Below are positions 17,669 through 30,489 of a DNA stretch of 64,000 nt, piece after piece. Under the pieces are notes generated by a model. The model was not told the origin of the DNA, did no database searches, and was given only the letters and a program-made list of their open reading frames with translations. Source of the stretch: Bacteroidota bacterium (lineage in GTDB: Bacteria; Bacteroidota; Ignavibacteria; Kapaibacteriales; HRBIN21); the NCBI GenBank assembly GCA_030550395.1, contig JAUQPL010000002.1:124792-188791 (forward strand), read 5' to 3'. Made by a program: the position numbers and the translations under genes. Numbering within the stretch: position 1 is the first letter of the stretch; the number at the start of each line of letters is the position of its first letter.

Positions 17669-18622
17669 ATGGAGGAACACCGAGCGCAGAGTGGGTGTCA
17701 GCTTTCCATCGTTGTACCCCTTTACAACGAAGCGGAATCTCTGCCTGAGCTGATCCCGCGTTTGGAAGCGGTGGCAGAGCAATGGACAGGGGGAACGTAT
17801 GAAATTTGGCTTATTGATGACGGCTCTACTGATGGCTCGTTTGAGGTTATTCGGCAATTCCATCGGCGGAATTCCCGCATTCGGGGTATTCGCTTCCGAC
17901 GCAACTATGGGAAGTCCGCTGCTTTAGCCGTTGGGTTTGCGGAGGCGCAGGGGCAGTACGTTGTAACTATTGATGCCGATTTGCAGGATGAGCCGGAGGA
18001 GATCCCGCGCCTTCTTGCGAAACTGTCTGAAGGCTACGATTTGGTCTCTGGGTGGAAGAAGCACCGGCGAGATCCCTTAAGCAAGACGCTGCCTTCGCGG
18101 CTGTTCAATGCAGTAGTGTCAGCGGTTAGTGGACTTCGGTTACACGACTTCAACTGTGGGCTCAAGGCGTATCGGCGCGAAGTCGTCAAGGCAGTACAGA
18201 TTTACGGTGAGATGCACCGTTATATCCCAGCCTTGGCGCACTGGGAGGGATTCCGTGTGACGGAGCTGCCGGTGCGGCACCATCCCCGGAAGTACGGGCG
18301 TTCGAAATTTGGCGCTAGCCGCTTTGTAAAAGGATTTTTGGATCTGCTCACGGTGCTTTTCACCACGCGCTTTCTGAGACGTCCGCTCCATCTCTTCGGT
18401 AGCTTGGGGGTGCTTTTTGCCATTGTGGGCTTCCTCATTGACGCCTACTTGGTGATAGAGTGGGCGCAACAGAGGACAGCCTTGAGTAATCGTCCCCTAC
18501 TCTTTTTCGGTCTGGGACTGATCATTGTTGGTGGTCAGCTCATCTCGCTGGGGTTGTTGGGAGAGCTGATTGTCAAAAGCTCGTTATGGCAGAGCAGCTA
18601 TAATATTGCCGAGCGCTTGTAA
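17669..18622 (+). CDS. Family-2 glycosyltransferase, polyprenyl-phosphate sugar transferase type (GtrB/ArnC/DPM1-like)
   Basis: Contains SIVVPLYNEAESL, IDDGSTDGS and DADLQDEPEEI, plus two C-terminal TM helices. Start at MEEH immediately follows the upstream stop. Confidence 0.85.
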   Translation: MEEHRAQSGCQLSIVVPLYNEAESLPELIPRLEAVAEQWTGGTYEIWLIDDGSTDGSFEVIRQFHRRNSRIRGIRFRRNYGKSAALAVGFAEAQGQYVVTIDADLQDEPEEIPRLLAKLSEGYDLVSGWKKHRRDPLSKTLPSRLFNAVVSAVSGLRLHDFNCGLKAYRREVVKAVQIYGEMHRYIPALAHWEGFRVTELPVRHHPRKYGRSKFGASRFVKGFLDLLTVLFTTRFLRRPLHLFGSLGVLFAIVGFLIDAYLVIEWAQQRTALSNRPLLFFGLGLIIVGGQLISLGLLGELIVKSSLWQSSYNIAERL

Positions 18623-18627
18623 GGGAA

Positions 18628-19368
18628 GTGGAGAGGAGCATGCAACGGGTAGTACTTTGGGTTGGAATTCCCGTGTGGGCTATGGCACAGTCTATTGTTG
18701 AGCTGAGTAGTGGGCTGGCAACAACGTGGTTGGTTGGAAATAACCCTGCGCGGACTCCGATTATTTCTCGCGACACGCTCCAACGGTCGCTCGGTTCCGG
18801 ATTTGCTGGAGTTCAACCCGGGATCGCCCTGCAGGTATTGCATCCATTAAGGCCGGAGTGGCGGATTGGGGTAGGAGTTGAGCAGACGTACTTTGAAGGT
18901 TTACAGCGCTTTCGGCTACGTGGGCTCAACATTTATCTCCGGTACACGCAGACGGTAACGGGTATTGCAGCGATGGTAGAGTATATCCCCGTCCGCTTTC
19001 CATTGGCGCGGGGATATGCTTTCATCAGTTTGGAACCCCGTTGGACCGTGGTATCCCGTGGACACTACGTATACGAGCAGGTGGACAGTCGCCAGGGGAG
19101 GGTTATCGAACGATTAGATACGGTGATCAGCAAGCCACCGGAGCCAGTCCATCGCTTTGGCGTGATTGGCCGACTTGGAATTGGTGGGGAGTTGGCGGAA
19201 CCGTGGTACTTTCGGGCAAATGTGGGATTTGGAGTTCTCAACCTTTGGGGACGCCGCCCCGAGCGAGGGGAATTACTCACGCCGGTGAAGATAGAGGAGG
19301 TTGGAGAAAGTTATGCTCCAGTGGTCGTCGTCGCGCTCCTCCTCCAGTACCGGTTCCGTCTTCCATAG
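18628..19368 (+). CDS. Hypothetical outer-membrane beta-barrel protein
   Basis: Signal peptide (VVLWVGIPVWAMAQ), beta-strand alternation and an aromatic-rich C-terminus (LLLQYRF). Family not recognised. Confidence 0.4.
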   Translation: MERSMQRVVLWVGIPVWAMAQSIVELSSGLATTWLVGNNPARTPIISRDTLQRSLGSGFAGVQPGIALQVLHPLRPEWRIGVGVEQTYFEGLQRFRLRGLNIYLRYTQTVTGIAAMVEYIPVRFPLARGYAFISLEPRWTVVSRGHYVYEQVDSRQGRVIERLDTVISKPPEPVHRFGVIGRLGIGGELAEPWYFRANVGFGVLNLWGRRPERGELLTPVKIEEVGESYAPVVVVALLLQYRFRLP

Positions 19369-19392
19369 AAAGCAAGCTCCACTAAGTCAGCG

Positions 19393-23403
<4,011 letters not shown>

Positions 23404-23412
23404 TCGTACTCC

Positions 23413-25455
23413 TTACGCTACCGTGACTAACTGTTTCCGTGGAAGCCCGTAGCCGAGATGAATATCGTAAGCCAGGAGGAGCTCAATGAAGGCACGGGCG
23501 ACAATCAGGACTGAGAACAGGGTCATCACGATACCGATCATGAGCGTGATAGCAAAGCCTTGGATGGGTCCGGTCCCGAAGAAGTAGAGAATGAGCCCTG
23601 TCAGGAAAGTGGTGATGTTGGAGTCCAGAATTGCCGAAAGCGCCCGTTTATGTCCTTCGTCAACAGCAGAGCGAACAGAACGTCCACGGCGCAGTTCCTC
23701 ACGGATACGTTCAAAGATGAGGATATTGGCATCAACGGCCATGCCCATCGTCAGGATCACACCAGCGATGCCTGGAAGCGTGAGAGTACCTTTAAAGGCG
23801 GACAGCAGTGCCAGAATCAGCACCACATTGACCAGCAGGCCGAAAATAGCAATGGCTCCACCAGTGGTGTAGTAGCCGACCATAAAGAGGACAACGAGGA
23901 AAAATGCAACGACACTGGCGATAAGCCCGCGCCGAATAGAATCCTCCCCAAGTGATGGACCCACGATGCGTTCTTCAATGATCTTGACGGGGGCCTTGAG
24001 GGCGCCGGCTTTCAGAACAATTTCAAGCAGGTGAGCTTCTTGGATGCTGCTCATCCCGGTGATTTGCGAGCGTCCCCCCGTAATTTTGCTCTGCACCACC
24101 GGTGCAGAATATACCCGTCCGTCAAGCACAATAGCGATCTTCTTGCCCACGTTGGCTCCCGTGATCCGTGCCCAGCGCTCAGCTCCTTCGGTGTTCATGT
24201 CCATCAGCACGATGGGGGCATTTGTCGTGGGGTCGAAAGTAGCCCGGGCGTCGGTGACGACGTCACCAGTTAATTCGGGCTCGCGCTTGAGCACATAGAA
24301 GGTGTAAATCTCGTAGCCCTGGCGTTGGAGACGTTCGTCGGGCTTAGCACTGATGGCAATTTCATAGTCTGCGGGTAAAAGTCGCTTGACGTCCGGGCGG
24401 CTGATGAGGGCTTCAAACTCAGCTAGGCTCTCCTTGGGAAGCTGGAAGAAATATTCGCCTTCGGGGAAATCGCTGCGGCGGTAGTCTATGGGGACAAAGC
24501 GTTCGTTTTGGATGAAGTAGGTGATGAAGAGCGAGGTAAAAGGGAAATCTTCCCGAATGCGTCGGCGGCGTTCTTCTTCGGGGAGACCAGCGTAAGGGTC
24601 GGCGGCCGTATCAGCGGGGCGGGCGGTAGTATCTGTGGCTGGACGTTGGGTGGTATCGCTCGGCGCTGAGGCGGAGGCGGTAAGTGCTGTATCCAGGGGC
24701 TGTCCTGTCCGCTGACGCTTCAGGAACTGATCAATGGCATAGAAAGTCCGGACAGCTTCTTCATTGTTACGGACCAACTTGAACTCCAAACGGGCAGTTG
24801 TCTGGAGTAGCTGGCGCATTTCCATTTCGTTTGTTACGCCAGGCAACTCCAACACGATACGCCGAGTTCCCTGCTTCTGGATATTGGCTTCTGCTACACC
24901 GTACTTGTCTACACGTTGCCGGATGACTTCTAACGCCTGGTCAATGGCGCCGTCAATATTGCGTTCCAGGCGCTTAAGGATAGCTTCTTCGCTAACCTCG
25001 CGCATGTCGCCGATGTCGTAGTAGGAGATAAGCGAGCGCCCATGCGGGCGGGCAATGCGGTCGAAGTTGCGCAGGAAGATCTGAAGCACGGGTTCGTCAC
25101 TTTGTTCAGCTTCGCGACGGGTTTCCGCAATGACCTGCAGGAAGAGGTCATCCACAGTTTCTCGCTCCGCGGCTTCTTCCAGAAGCTTGATGACATCAAC
25201 CTCTAACGTCACGTACATGCCGCCGCGTAGGTCTAGCCCCAGCTTGAGAGCGTTCTGCTTTGCTCGTTGGAGAGATGCCCCATACAACTGCTCAAACTCG
25301 GCCAGTCGGACGGAGTCCCCGGCTTCCTGCAGAACGAACTTTCGACGTTCTAAGTCCCATGCACGATAGGTCGGCCACAGGATGTAGACTCCGAGAGCGA
25401 GCGGGAGTATCAAGATTGCCCACTTACCCCACACTTGTCTGAAGCGCTTCGGCAC
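23413..25455 (-). CDS. secD: Protein translocase subunit SecD
   Basis: 680 aa. Contains LGLDLRGGMYVTLEV and a C-terminal 6-TM SecDF domain. The periplasmic domain carries a low-complexity Thr/Ala/Pro insert. Confidence 0.9.
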   Translation of the reverse strand: MPKRFRQVWGKWAILILPLALGVYILWPTYRAWDLERRKFVLQEAGDSVRLAEFEQLYGASLQRAKQNALKLGLDLRGGMYVTLEVDVIKLLEEAAERETVDDLFLQVIAETRREAEQSDEPVLQIFLRNFDRIARPHGRSLISYYDIGDMREVSEEAILKRLERNIDGAIDQALEVIRQRVDKYGVAEANIQKQGTRRIVLELPGVTNEMEMRQLLQTTARLEFKLVRNNEEAVRTFYAIDQFLKRQRTGQPLDTALTASASAPSDTTQRPATDTTARPADTAADPYAGLPEEERRRRIREDFPFTSLFITYFIQNERFVPIDYRRSDFPEGEYFFQLPKESLAEFEALISRPDVKRLLPADYEIAISAKPDERLQRQGYEIYTFYVLKREPELTGDVVTDARATFDPTTNAPIVLMDMNTEGAERWARITGANVGKKIAIVLDGRVYSAPVVQSKITGGRSQITGMSSIQEAHLLEIVLKAGALKAPVKIIEERIVGPSLGEDSIRRGLIASVVAFFLVVLFMVGYYTTGGAIAIFGLLVNVVLILALLSAFKGTLTLPGIAGVILTMGMAVDANILIFERIREELRRGRSVRSAVDEGHKRALSAILDSNITTFLTGLILYFFGTGPIQGFAITLMIGIVMTLFSVLIVARAFIELLLAYDIHLGYGLPRKQLVTVA

Positions 25456-25498
25456 GGATGCCCTCGTCCTGGAGTGGAACAGGATGTGACGGTAGGCA

Positions 25499-25506
25499 CA
25501 AAAATA
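25499..25506 (-). promoter_or_regulatory. Bacteroidetes-type -7 promoter element TATTTTTG upstream of secD
   Basis: The reverse complement of 25499-25506 is TATTTTTG, 44 nt upstream of the secD ATG (25455). Confidence 0.4.
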
Positions 25507-25549
25507 CGTCTTTTCATCCCGGCTCTGGGCAGAGGCTTGAGGGAAGGCA

Positions 25550-25557
25550 TATTTTTG
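25550..25557 (+). promoter_or_regulatory. Bacteroidetes-type -7 promoter element TATTTTTG upstream of the HAD hydrolase gene
   Basis: TATTTTTG lies 21 nt upstream of the ATG at 25578. It is divergent from the secD element. Confidence 0.4.
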
Positions 25558-25577
25558 CGTTCAATAGGCAAGCGGGT

Positions 25578-26351
25578 ATGGATATACGGGTTGTTACGGT
25601 GGATTTGTGGAACACACTCGTTGGAGCCGCAGGGAGCAGCCAACGACAAGCTGACCGCCTTCGGCGAGTGCGGATGTATGCGGCGCGGTTGGGAATAGAG
25701 CTTTCGGAAGCGGTAGTTAACAAGGCGATGCGGGAAACATGGCATTACTATACTCTACTCTGGCGAGAGCAGTATCGGACCCCAACGACGGAGGAGTTAA
25801 CCGCCTTCCTCTGGCGTCTGCTCGGGATGCCAGAAGAGCCCTCTCTTATCCGGCAGCTTGCTGAGGAGCTGGCGTACGGCGTCTTGGAGTATCCGCCGCC
25901 GTTGCTTCCCTCTGCACGGGAAGCACTCGTTTTTTTGGCAGAGCGGTATTACCTGGGGCTAGTTTCTGACACGGCTTTCTCCCCCGGAAGGGTGCTTCGC
26001 GAGTTGCTCCGTCAATATGGGCTTGCGGAGTTCTTTGCTGCCTATAGCTTCAGCGATGAGACGGGCGTGGCGAAGCCCCATCCCCGAGCTTACATGACTG
26101 TGCTGGAGGTGCTCCAGGTGTCGCCGGAGCAGGCTCTGCACATTGGGGATTTAGAGATGACCGATATCCGTGGAGCAAAGCATCTCGGTATGCGCGCCGT
26201 GCTTTTCCTCGGTGATATCGACAGCGAATTCCCGCCCCCTGCCCAAACGGTAGCAGATGCCGTTGCGCATCATTGGCAACAGATTCCGGAGCTGATTGAA
26301 CAGGTGCAGGGAGTTGCCCGTGGCAACGCTCGTCCTGAAGCCAGACCGTGA
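25578..26351 (+). CDS. HAD-superfamily hydrolase (subfamily IA-like)
   Basis: Motif I is VTVDLWNTLV, motif II LVSDT, and the C-terminal motif HIGDLEMTDIRGA. Start taken at MDIRVV; the ORF-track start at 25458 would overlap the promoter region. Confidence 0.75.
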   Translation: MDIRVVTVDLWNTLVGAAGSSQRQADRLRRVRMYAARLGIELSEAVVNKAMRETWHYYTLLWREQYRTPTTEELTAFLWRLLGMPEEPSLIRQLAEELAYGVLEYPPPLLPSAREALVFLAERYYLGLVSDTAFSPGRVLRELLRQYGLAEFFAAYSFSDETGVAKPHPRAYMTVLEVLQVSPEQALHIGDLEMTDIRGAKHLGMRAVLFLGDIDSEFPPPAQTVADAVAHHWQQIPELIEQVQGVARGNARPEARP

Positions 26352-27306
26352 CCCGACAGCGTTAGCTCATGCGGCAGCACTCCTCCGTGCTGGGGAATTG
26401 GTCGCTTTCCCGACGGAGACTGTGTATGGCTTAGGGGCACGAGTATTCTGCGAACCTGCTATTGCTCGCATCTTCGCCGTCAAAGGGAGACCGGCAGATA
26501 ATCCGTTGATTGTGCATATTGCTGCGGTGGAGGATGTACACCGCGTCGCTGTAGAGATTCCATCCAGCTTTTGGGTTCTTGCGGAGCGCTTCTTTCCGGG
26601 ACCTTTGACCCTCATTGTGCGGCGTCATCCGAGTGTCCCTGCTTGTGTCTCTGCTGGGTTGGAAACGGTGGCAGTGCGCATGCCGCGCAATCCGTATGCG
26701 CTGGAACTCATCCGTTTGACCGGAGAGCCAGTAGCGGCGCCTTCAGCGAACCGTTCCGGGCGCCCCAGCCCAACACGGGCAGAGCATGTGCTGCAAGACC
26801 TGGACGGACTCATTGCTGCTGTCGTAGATGGAGGAGAGTGCGAAATCGGACTGGAATCAACGGTGCTCCATTTGCTGATGGAGCCACCTCTCATCATGCG
26901 ACCAGGCGCGATTACTGCCGACGAGCTATCGGCAGTGCTGGGTGTACCCGTTGAATACTGGCGTGGGAGCCCGACGGAGGCAGTTCCCTCGCCAGGAGTT
27001 AAATATCGGCACTATGCGCCGAACGCTTCGGTGCTGCTTCTGCCGTCGTGGGAGGAAGTTCGTCAATGGGTCCAGGAGCACCCCGAAGCCGATCCGGTCG
27101 TGTTGGCTTCCGAAACGCCTCCGGAACCCTTTCCGTTACCAGTTCGTCTACTTCAAGCAGCAACGCTCTATGCAGAGTTCCGCCGTGCTGATTCGGAAGG
27201 AAAAACCCATATCCTCGTGCTCTATACTCCTTCCGTGCAGGCACATCCTGCCCTTGCAGACCGCTTGCGCAAAGCCGCAACTCATACTGCGGAGGAGGGT
27301 CCATAG
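26296..27306 (+). CDS. tsaC: L-threonylcarbamoyladenylate synthase (Sua5/YwlC-type TsaC)
   Basis: Contains FPTETVYGLGA, KGRPADNPLIVHI and APSANRSGRPSPT, plus a C-terminal Sua5 domain. The exact start is uncertain because the ORF overlaps the upstream gene. Confidence 0.85.
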   Translation: MNRCRELPVATLVLKPDRDPTALAHAAALLRAGELVAFPTETVYGLGARVFCEPAIARIFAVKGRPADNPLIVHIAAVEDVHRVAVEIPSSFWVLAERFFPGPLTLIVRRHPSVPACVSAGLETVAVRMPRNPYALELIRLTGEPVAAPSANRSGRPSPTRAEHVLQDLDGLIAAVVDGGECEIGLESTVLHLLMEPPLIMRPGAITADELSAVLGVPVEYWRGSPTEAVPSPGVKYRHYAPNASVLLLPSWEEVRQWVQEHPEADPVVLASETPPEPFPLPVRLLQAATLYAEFRRADSEGKTHILVLYTPSVQAHPALADRLRKAATHTAEEGP

Positions 27307-27383
27307 AAAGCCTTGGCACCGCTGAGGAGAGTAAGCGGCTCGTGGGGAGAGCGCGCATAACGCTGTGTTTTTAGACGGGAATT

Positions 27384-27397
27384 TCTACATTTGTAGA
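27384..27397. promoter_or_regulatory. Perfect 14-bp palindrome TCTACATTTGTAGA containing a -7 promoter element TACATTTG (27386-27393, + strand)
   Basis: Read directly from the sequence. It lies about 30 nt upstream of the TTG/GTG start of the LytTR regulator gene. Confidence 0.4.
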
Positions 27398-27426
27398 GCT
27401 GAAAAGGGTGGATTAGGGGAGAGGCA

Positions 27427-28176
27427 TTGGTGCTGCGGGCAATCGTGGTGGATGACGAGCCAGCGGCGGTGGAGACGCTGTGCATGTTGCTGCAGCAGTA
27501 CTGTGGGGATTCTGTGCAGGTAGTGGGCACAGCTTTCTCTGCAGCGGAGGCGCGTCGGCAAATAGCCGTCCAAAGACCGGACGTAGTGTTTTTAGATGTG
27601 GAGATGCCGGGGGAAAACGGCTTTGAGCTGTTACGGACCTTGCCGTATCAGGACCTTGCAGTGATATTTGTCACTGCTTACGAACACTATGCTATCCAAG
27701 CTCTACGGATGAGCGCGGTAGACTATCTCCTCAAGCCAGTCAATCCAGTGGAGTTACGAGCAGCCGTAGAACGGGCTTGGAGACAGCGTCAGTCGCAGAG
27801 CGATCGGCTGAAAGTGTTGCTGGAAAACTATGGGCAGGCAAAACGGCAGCGAATCGCTCTCCCCATACCGGAGGGATATCGGATTGTGGATATTGAGGAA
27901 GTGCTCTACTGCCAGAGTCATGGGAGTTATAGCTATGTTGTAACGCGGACGGAGCGTATCTTGACCACTCGTCTCCTCGGGCAGTGGGAGGAGATGCTTA
28001 GCTCGATGGATTTCTTCCGTATCCATCGCATGTTTCTGGTCAACACCCGGCATATTCACACAATACGGCGGAGCGAGGAGGGAGCAAGTGTGGTCATTCT
28101 AAGCAATGGCGAACAGTTACCCGTTTCCCGTCGGCGCTTTGCCCTGTTGATTGAGCAGATCCGCCAGGGAGGGTAG
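27427..28176 (+). CDS. LytR/AlgR-family response regulator (REC + LytTR DNA-binding domain)
   Basis: 249 aa. REC domain (AIVVDDEP ... VVFLDVEMPGENGFE) and a C-terminal LytTR domain (FFRIHRMFLVN). Non-ATG start (TTG at 27427 or GTG at 27430). Confidence 0.85.
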   Translation: MVLRAIVVDDEPAAVETLCMLLQQYCGDSVQVVGTAFSAAEARRQIAVQRPDVVFLDVEMPGENGFELLRTLPYQDLAVIFVTAYEHYAIQALRMSAVDYLLKPVNPVELRAAVERAWRQRQSQSDRLKVLLENYGQAKRQRIALPIPEGYRIVDIEEVLYCQSHGSYSYVVTRTERILTTRLLGQWEEMLSSMDFFRIHRMFLVNTRHIHTIRRSEEGASVVILSNGEQLPVSRRRFALLIEQIRQGG

Positions 28177-28179
28177 GGG

Positions 28180-29976
28180 ATGTCTTCGCTGCTTCCTGAT
28201 GATACGGAGCTCCATGAACGGTTGCAGAAGTGTTCACCCCAGGAGGCAGTTGATTACCTGAACCAGCTGGGTGAGCTTGCTGCGCAACAGCAGCCATCTC
28301 GGATCGTTGAGTTTGCTCGGCATGCCTATGAACGGGCACTGCAGCTCGGTTACCGTTCCGGGCTTGCGGAGGCTCAGCGTCTATTAGGGGTCGGCGCTGT
28401 CTTTGCTGGCAATTATGCGGAAGCCCAAGATTGGTTTAGCAGAGCGCACGCATTGTTCCAGGAGCTTGGGTGCCGGGAGAAAGCACTTCATACCTTGGTT
28501 TCCTGGGCGCTTGCGGAGCATTCCGTAGGGGAGCATGCGGCGGCGTTGGAGCGCCTCCGCTCTGTCGTGGAGCATGGTGCAGAGTTCCCAACAGTGTACT
28601 TGAAAGCACTGCAGAACTTGGCAATTGTGCTAGCGGAGTTGGGACACCATGAGCAGGCGCTGCGGATGTTTGAGGAGGTGATTACCCAAGCGCAAGCACA
28701 GGGGCAGTGGCAAACATTGGCACGGGCGTACAACAATGCTGCTCTACTCCTGGCAACGCGTGGGGAGCATTCTCGAGCGTTGGAGCTGCAGCAGAGGAGC
28801 GTACAGCTGAAAGAAGAGCACGGGGATCGCTACGGACTGGCGGTAGCTTATGGAACATTGGGCTACCTTTACGCCCGAGTAGAGCGCTGGGACGAAGCAG
28901 AGGCAGCCTATCAGCGTTCTCTCTCCTTGCGGCGTGAGATAGGGGACCGCCGAGGTGTAGGCTATGTGCTATCCAACTTGGGGCAACTCTATCGCCAGCG
29001 TGGTCTGGATGTGGCCGCCAGGGGAGCTCTTACGGAGGCATGGGCAATTGCAGAGGAGTTAAAAGAGACCGTGTTGGAACTGGAGGTCGCTCGTGAGCTT
29101 GCTCAGATTGCCCAGCATCAGGGAAAGGCAGAGGAGGCGATGTATTTCCTGCACCGTTGCCTGGTGCTTATGGAGCAGTTGCTCTCCGAGCGGGTACAGC
29201 AGGCCGTGGCGCAGATACAGGCGCGGTATGCCTTAGAACAACAGCGCCGGCAGCAGGAGGAGTTGCGTCGTCTGTTAGTAGAATGGCAGTATCGGACTCT
29301 CCAGACGCAGATGAATCCCCACTTCCTGTTTAATGCTCTCAATCTCCTGCAGCATTGGATTGCCCGAGGGGAACGGGAAGTGGCGCATCGCTTTATTGCA
29401 GAGTTTGCGCAACTGATGCGTCGGGTTCTGCACAATGTCCAGCGAGGGCTTATCTCGTTGCGGGAAGAGTTGGAGACCGTGGAGTTGTATCTCCGAATTG
29501 AACATGCCCGTTTTCAGGGGGCGTTCACGTACTCAGTGGAAGTCGACCCGGAGGTGGATGCTGATGAAGTCTGGATTCCTCCGCTGCTGCTTCAGCCCTT
29601 GGTAGAGAATGCCCTCAAGCACGGGCTGGCGCCTCGGGGAGGGTGGGGTACGGTGCGGATTATGGTGACGTCCGAGGGTGAAACGGTGCTCTGTGCTATA
29701 GAAGACGATGGGGTCGGGAGGAGGCAGAAAGGGGCTCTGTCAGCTCCGGGGACAGGTTCTGGACTCCGTCTGGTGGAGGAGCGGTTGCGGTTATTGCGGG
29801 AGCATTTGGGTGGAGGCTTTGCATTGCGCATAGAGGACCTTCAGGATGCGCAGGGAAGGCCAGCAGGGACGCGAGTGGAGGTGCTTATTCCCCAGTCGGT
29901 GGATGTCGTACGTGCCACCCAATTGCATCTGTTGGAACCGTTGGGGAGTGCACCGAAGCCCGTATTTTCGCCGTAG
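28180..29976 (+). CDS. Soluble TPR-repeat sensor histidine kinase, LytS/YehU type
   Basis: 598 aa. About 330 aa of TPR-like repeats are followed by a coiled coil and a His_kinase box (QMNPHFLFNALN). HATPase motifs are LVENALKHG, DDGVG and GSGLRLV. No hydrophobic TM segment was seen. Confidence 0.85.
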   Translation: MSSLLPDDTELHERLQKCSPQEAVDYLNQLGELAAQQQPSRIVEFARHAYERALQLGYRSGLAEAQRLLGVGAVFAGNYAEAQDWFSRAHALFQELGCREKALHTLVSWALAEHSVGEHAAALERLRSVVEHGAEFPTVYLKALQNLAIVLAELGHHEQALRMFEEVITQAQAQGQWQTLARAYNNAALLLATRGEHSRALELQQRSVQLKEEHGDRYGLAVAYGTLGYLYARVERWDEAEAAYQRSLSLRREIGDRRGVGYVLSNLGQLYRQRGLDVAARGALTEAWAIAEELKETVLELEVARELAQIAQHQGKAEEAMYFLHRCLVLMEQLLSERVQQAVAQIQARYALEQQRRQQEELRRLLVEWQYRTLQTQMNPHFLFNALNLLQHWIARGEREVAHRFIAEFAQLMRRVLHNVQRGLISLREELETVELYLRIEHARFQGAFTYSVEVDPEVDADEVWIPPLLLQPLVENALKHGLAPRGGWGTVRIMVTSEGETVLCAIEDDGVGRRQKGALSAPGTGSGLRLVEERLRLLREHLGGGFALRIEDLQDAQGRPAGTRVEVLIPQSVDVVRATQLHLLEPLGSAPKPVFSP

Positions 29977-29994
29977 CTCTATAGGAGTCGGAGT

Positions 29995-30489
29995 GTGGTG
30001 CCCATGCGATGGGGGAAAGTTGGTGTGGAGGCATTGCTTGTAGGGAGCCTTGTCTGCGGTTGTACCGGTGGGTTAGATCCAACCCAGCTACCGCGGGAGG
30101 CGATGATCCGTGGCATTGTGTCGTTTCGTGGAGCGTGGCCGCCTGTGGATAGCCTCCGCGATCTGCGGGTGGTAGCCTTCCAGCAGTATCCGCCTAAGGA
30201 CGTGCTTGGAGAAGTCCTCGGGGGACGGGCAATTTTTTCCGAACGGCTCCCCTTCTATGTGGAGCAGACGCCGTATGAGCTCACAGTTGAACAAGTCCCG
30301 GTGATGTTTCGCTATCTCATTGTGGCGCAGCAATATGGTCCGGACCTCTTCCGGCATTGGCGCGTTGTGGGAGTTTATTCCTCTCGGGATACGCAGCCGG
30401 ATTCCATCTGGGTAGAACCCGGTGGAGTCTATCCGAACGTGGACATTGTGGTGGATTTTGACCATTTGCCGCCGCAGCCGTTTGAATGA
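29995..30489 (+). CDS. Hypothetical lipoprotein
   Basis: 164 aa. Lipobox LVGSLVCGC. The stop overlaps the start of the TonB-dependent receptor (ATGA). Family not recognised. Confidence 0.4.
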   Translation: MVPMRWGKVGVEALLVGSLVCGCTGGLDPTQLPREAMIRGIVSFRGAWPPVDSLRDLRVVAFQQYPPKDVLGEVLGGRAIFSERLPFYVEQTPYELTVEQVPVMFRYLIVAQQYGPDLFRHWRVVGVYSSRDTQPDSIWVEPGGVYPNVDIVVDFDHLPPQPFE

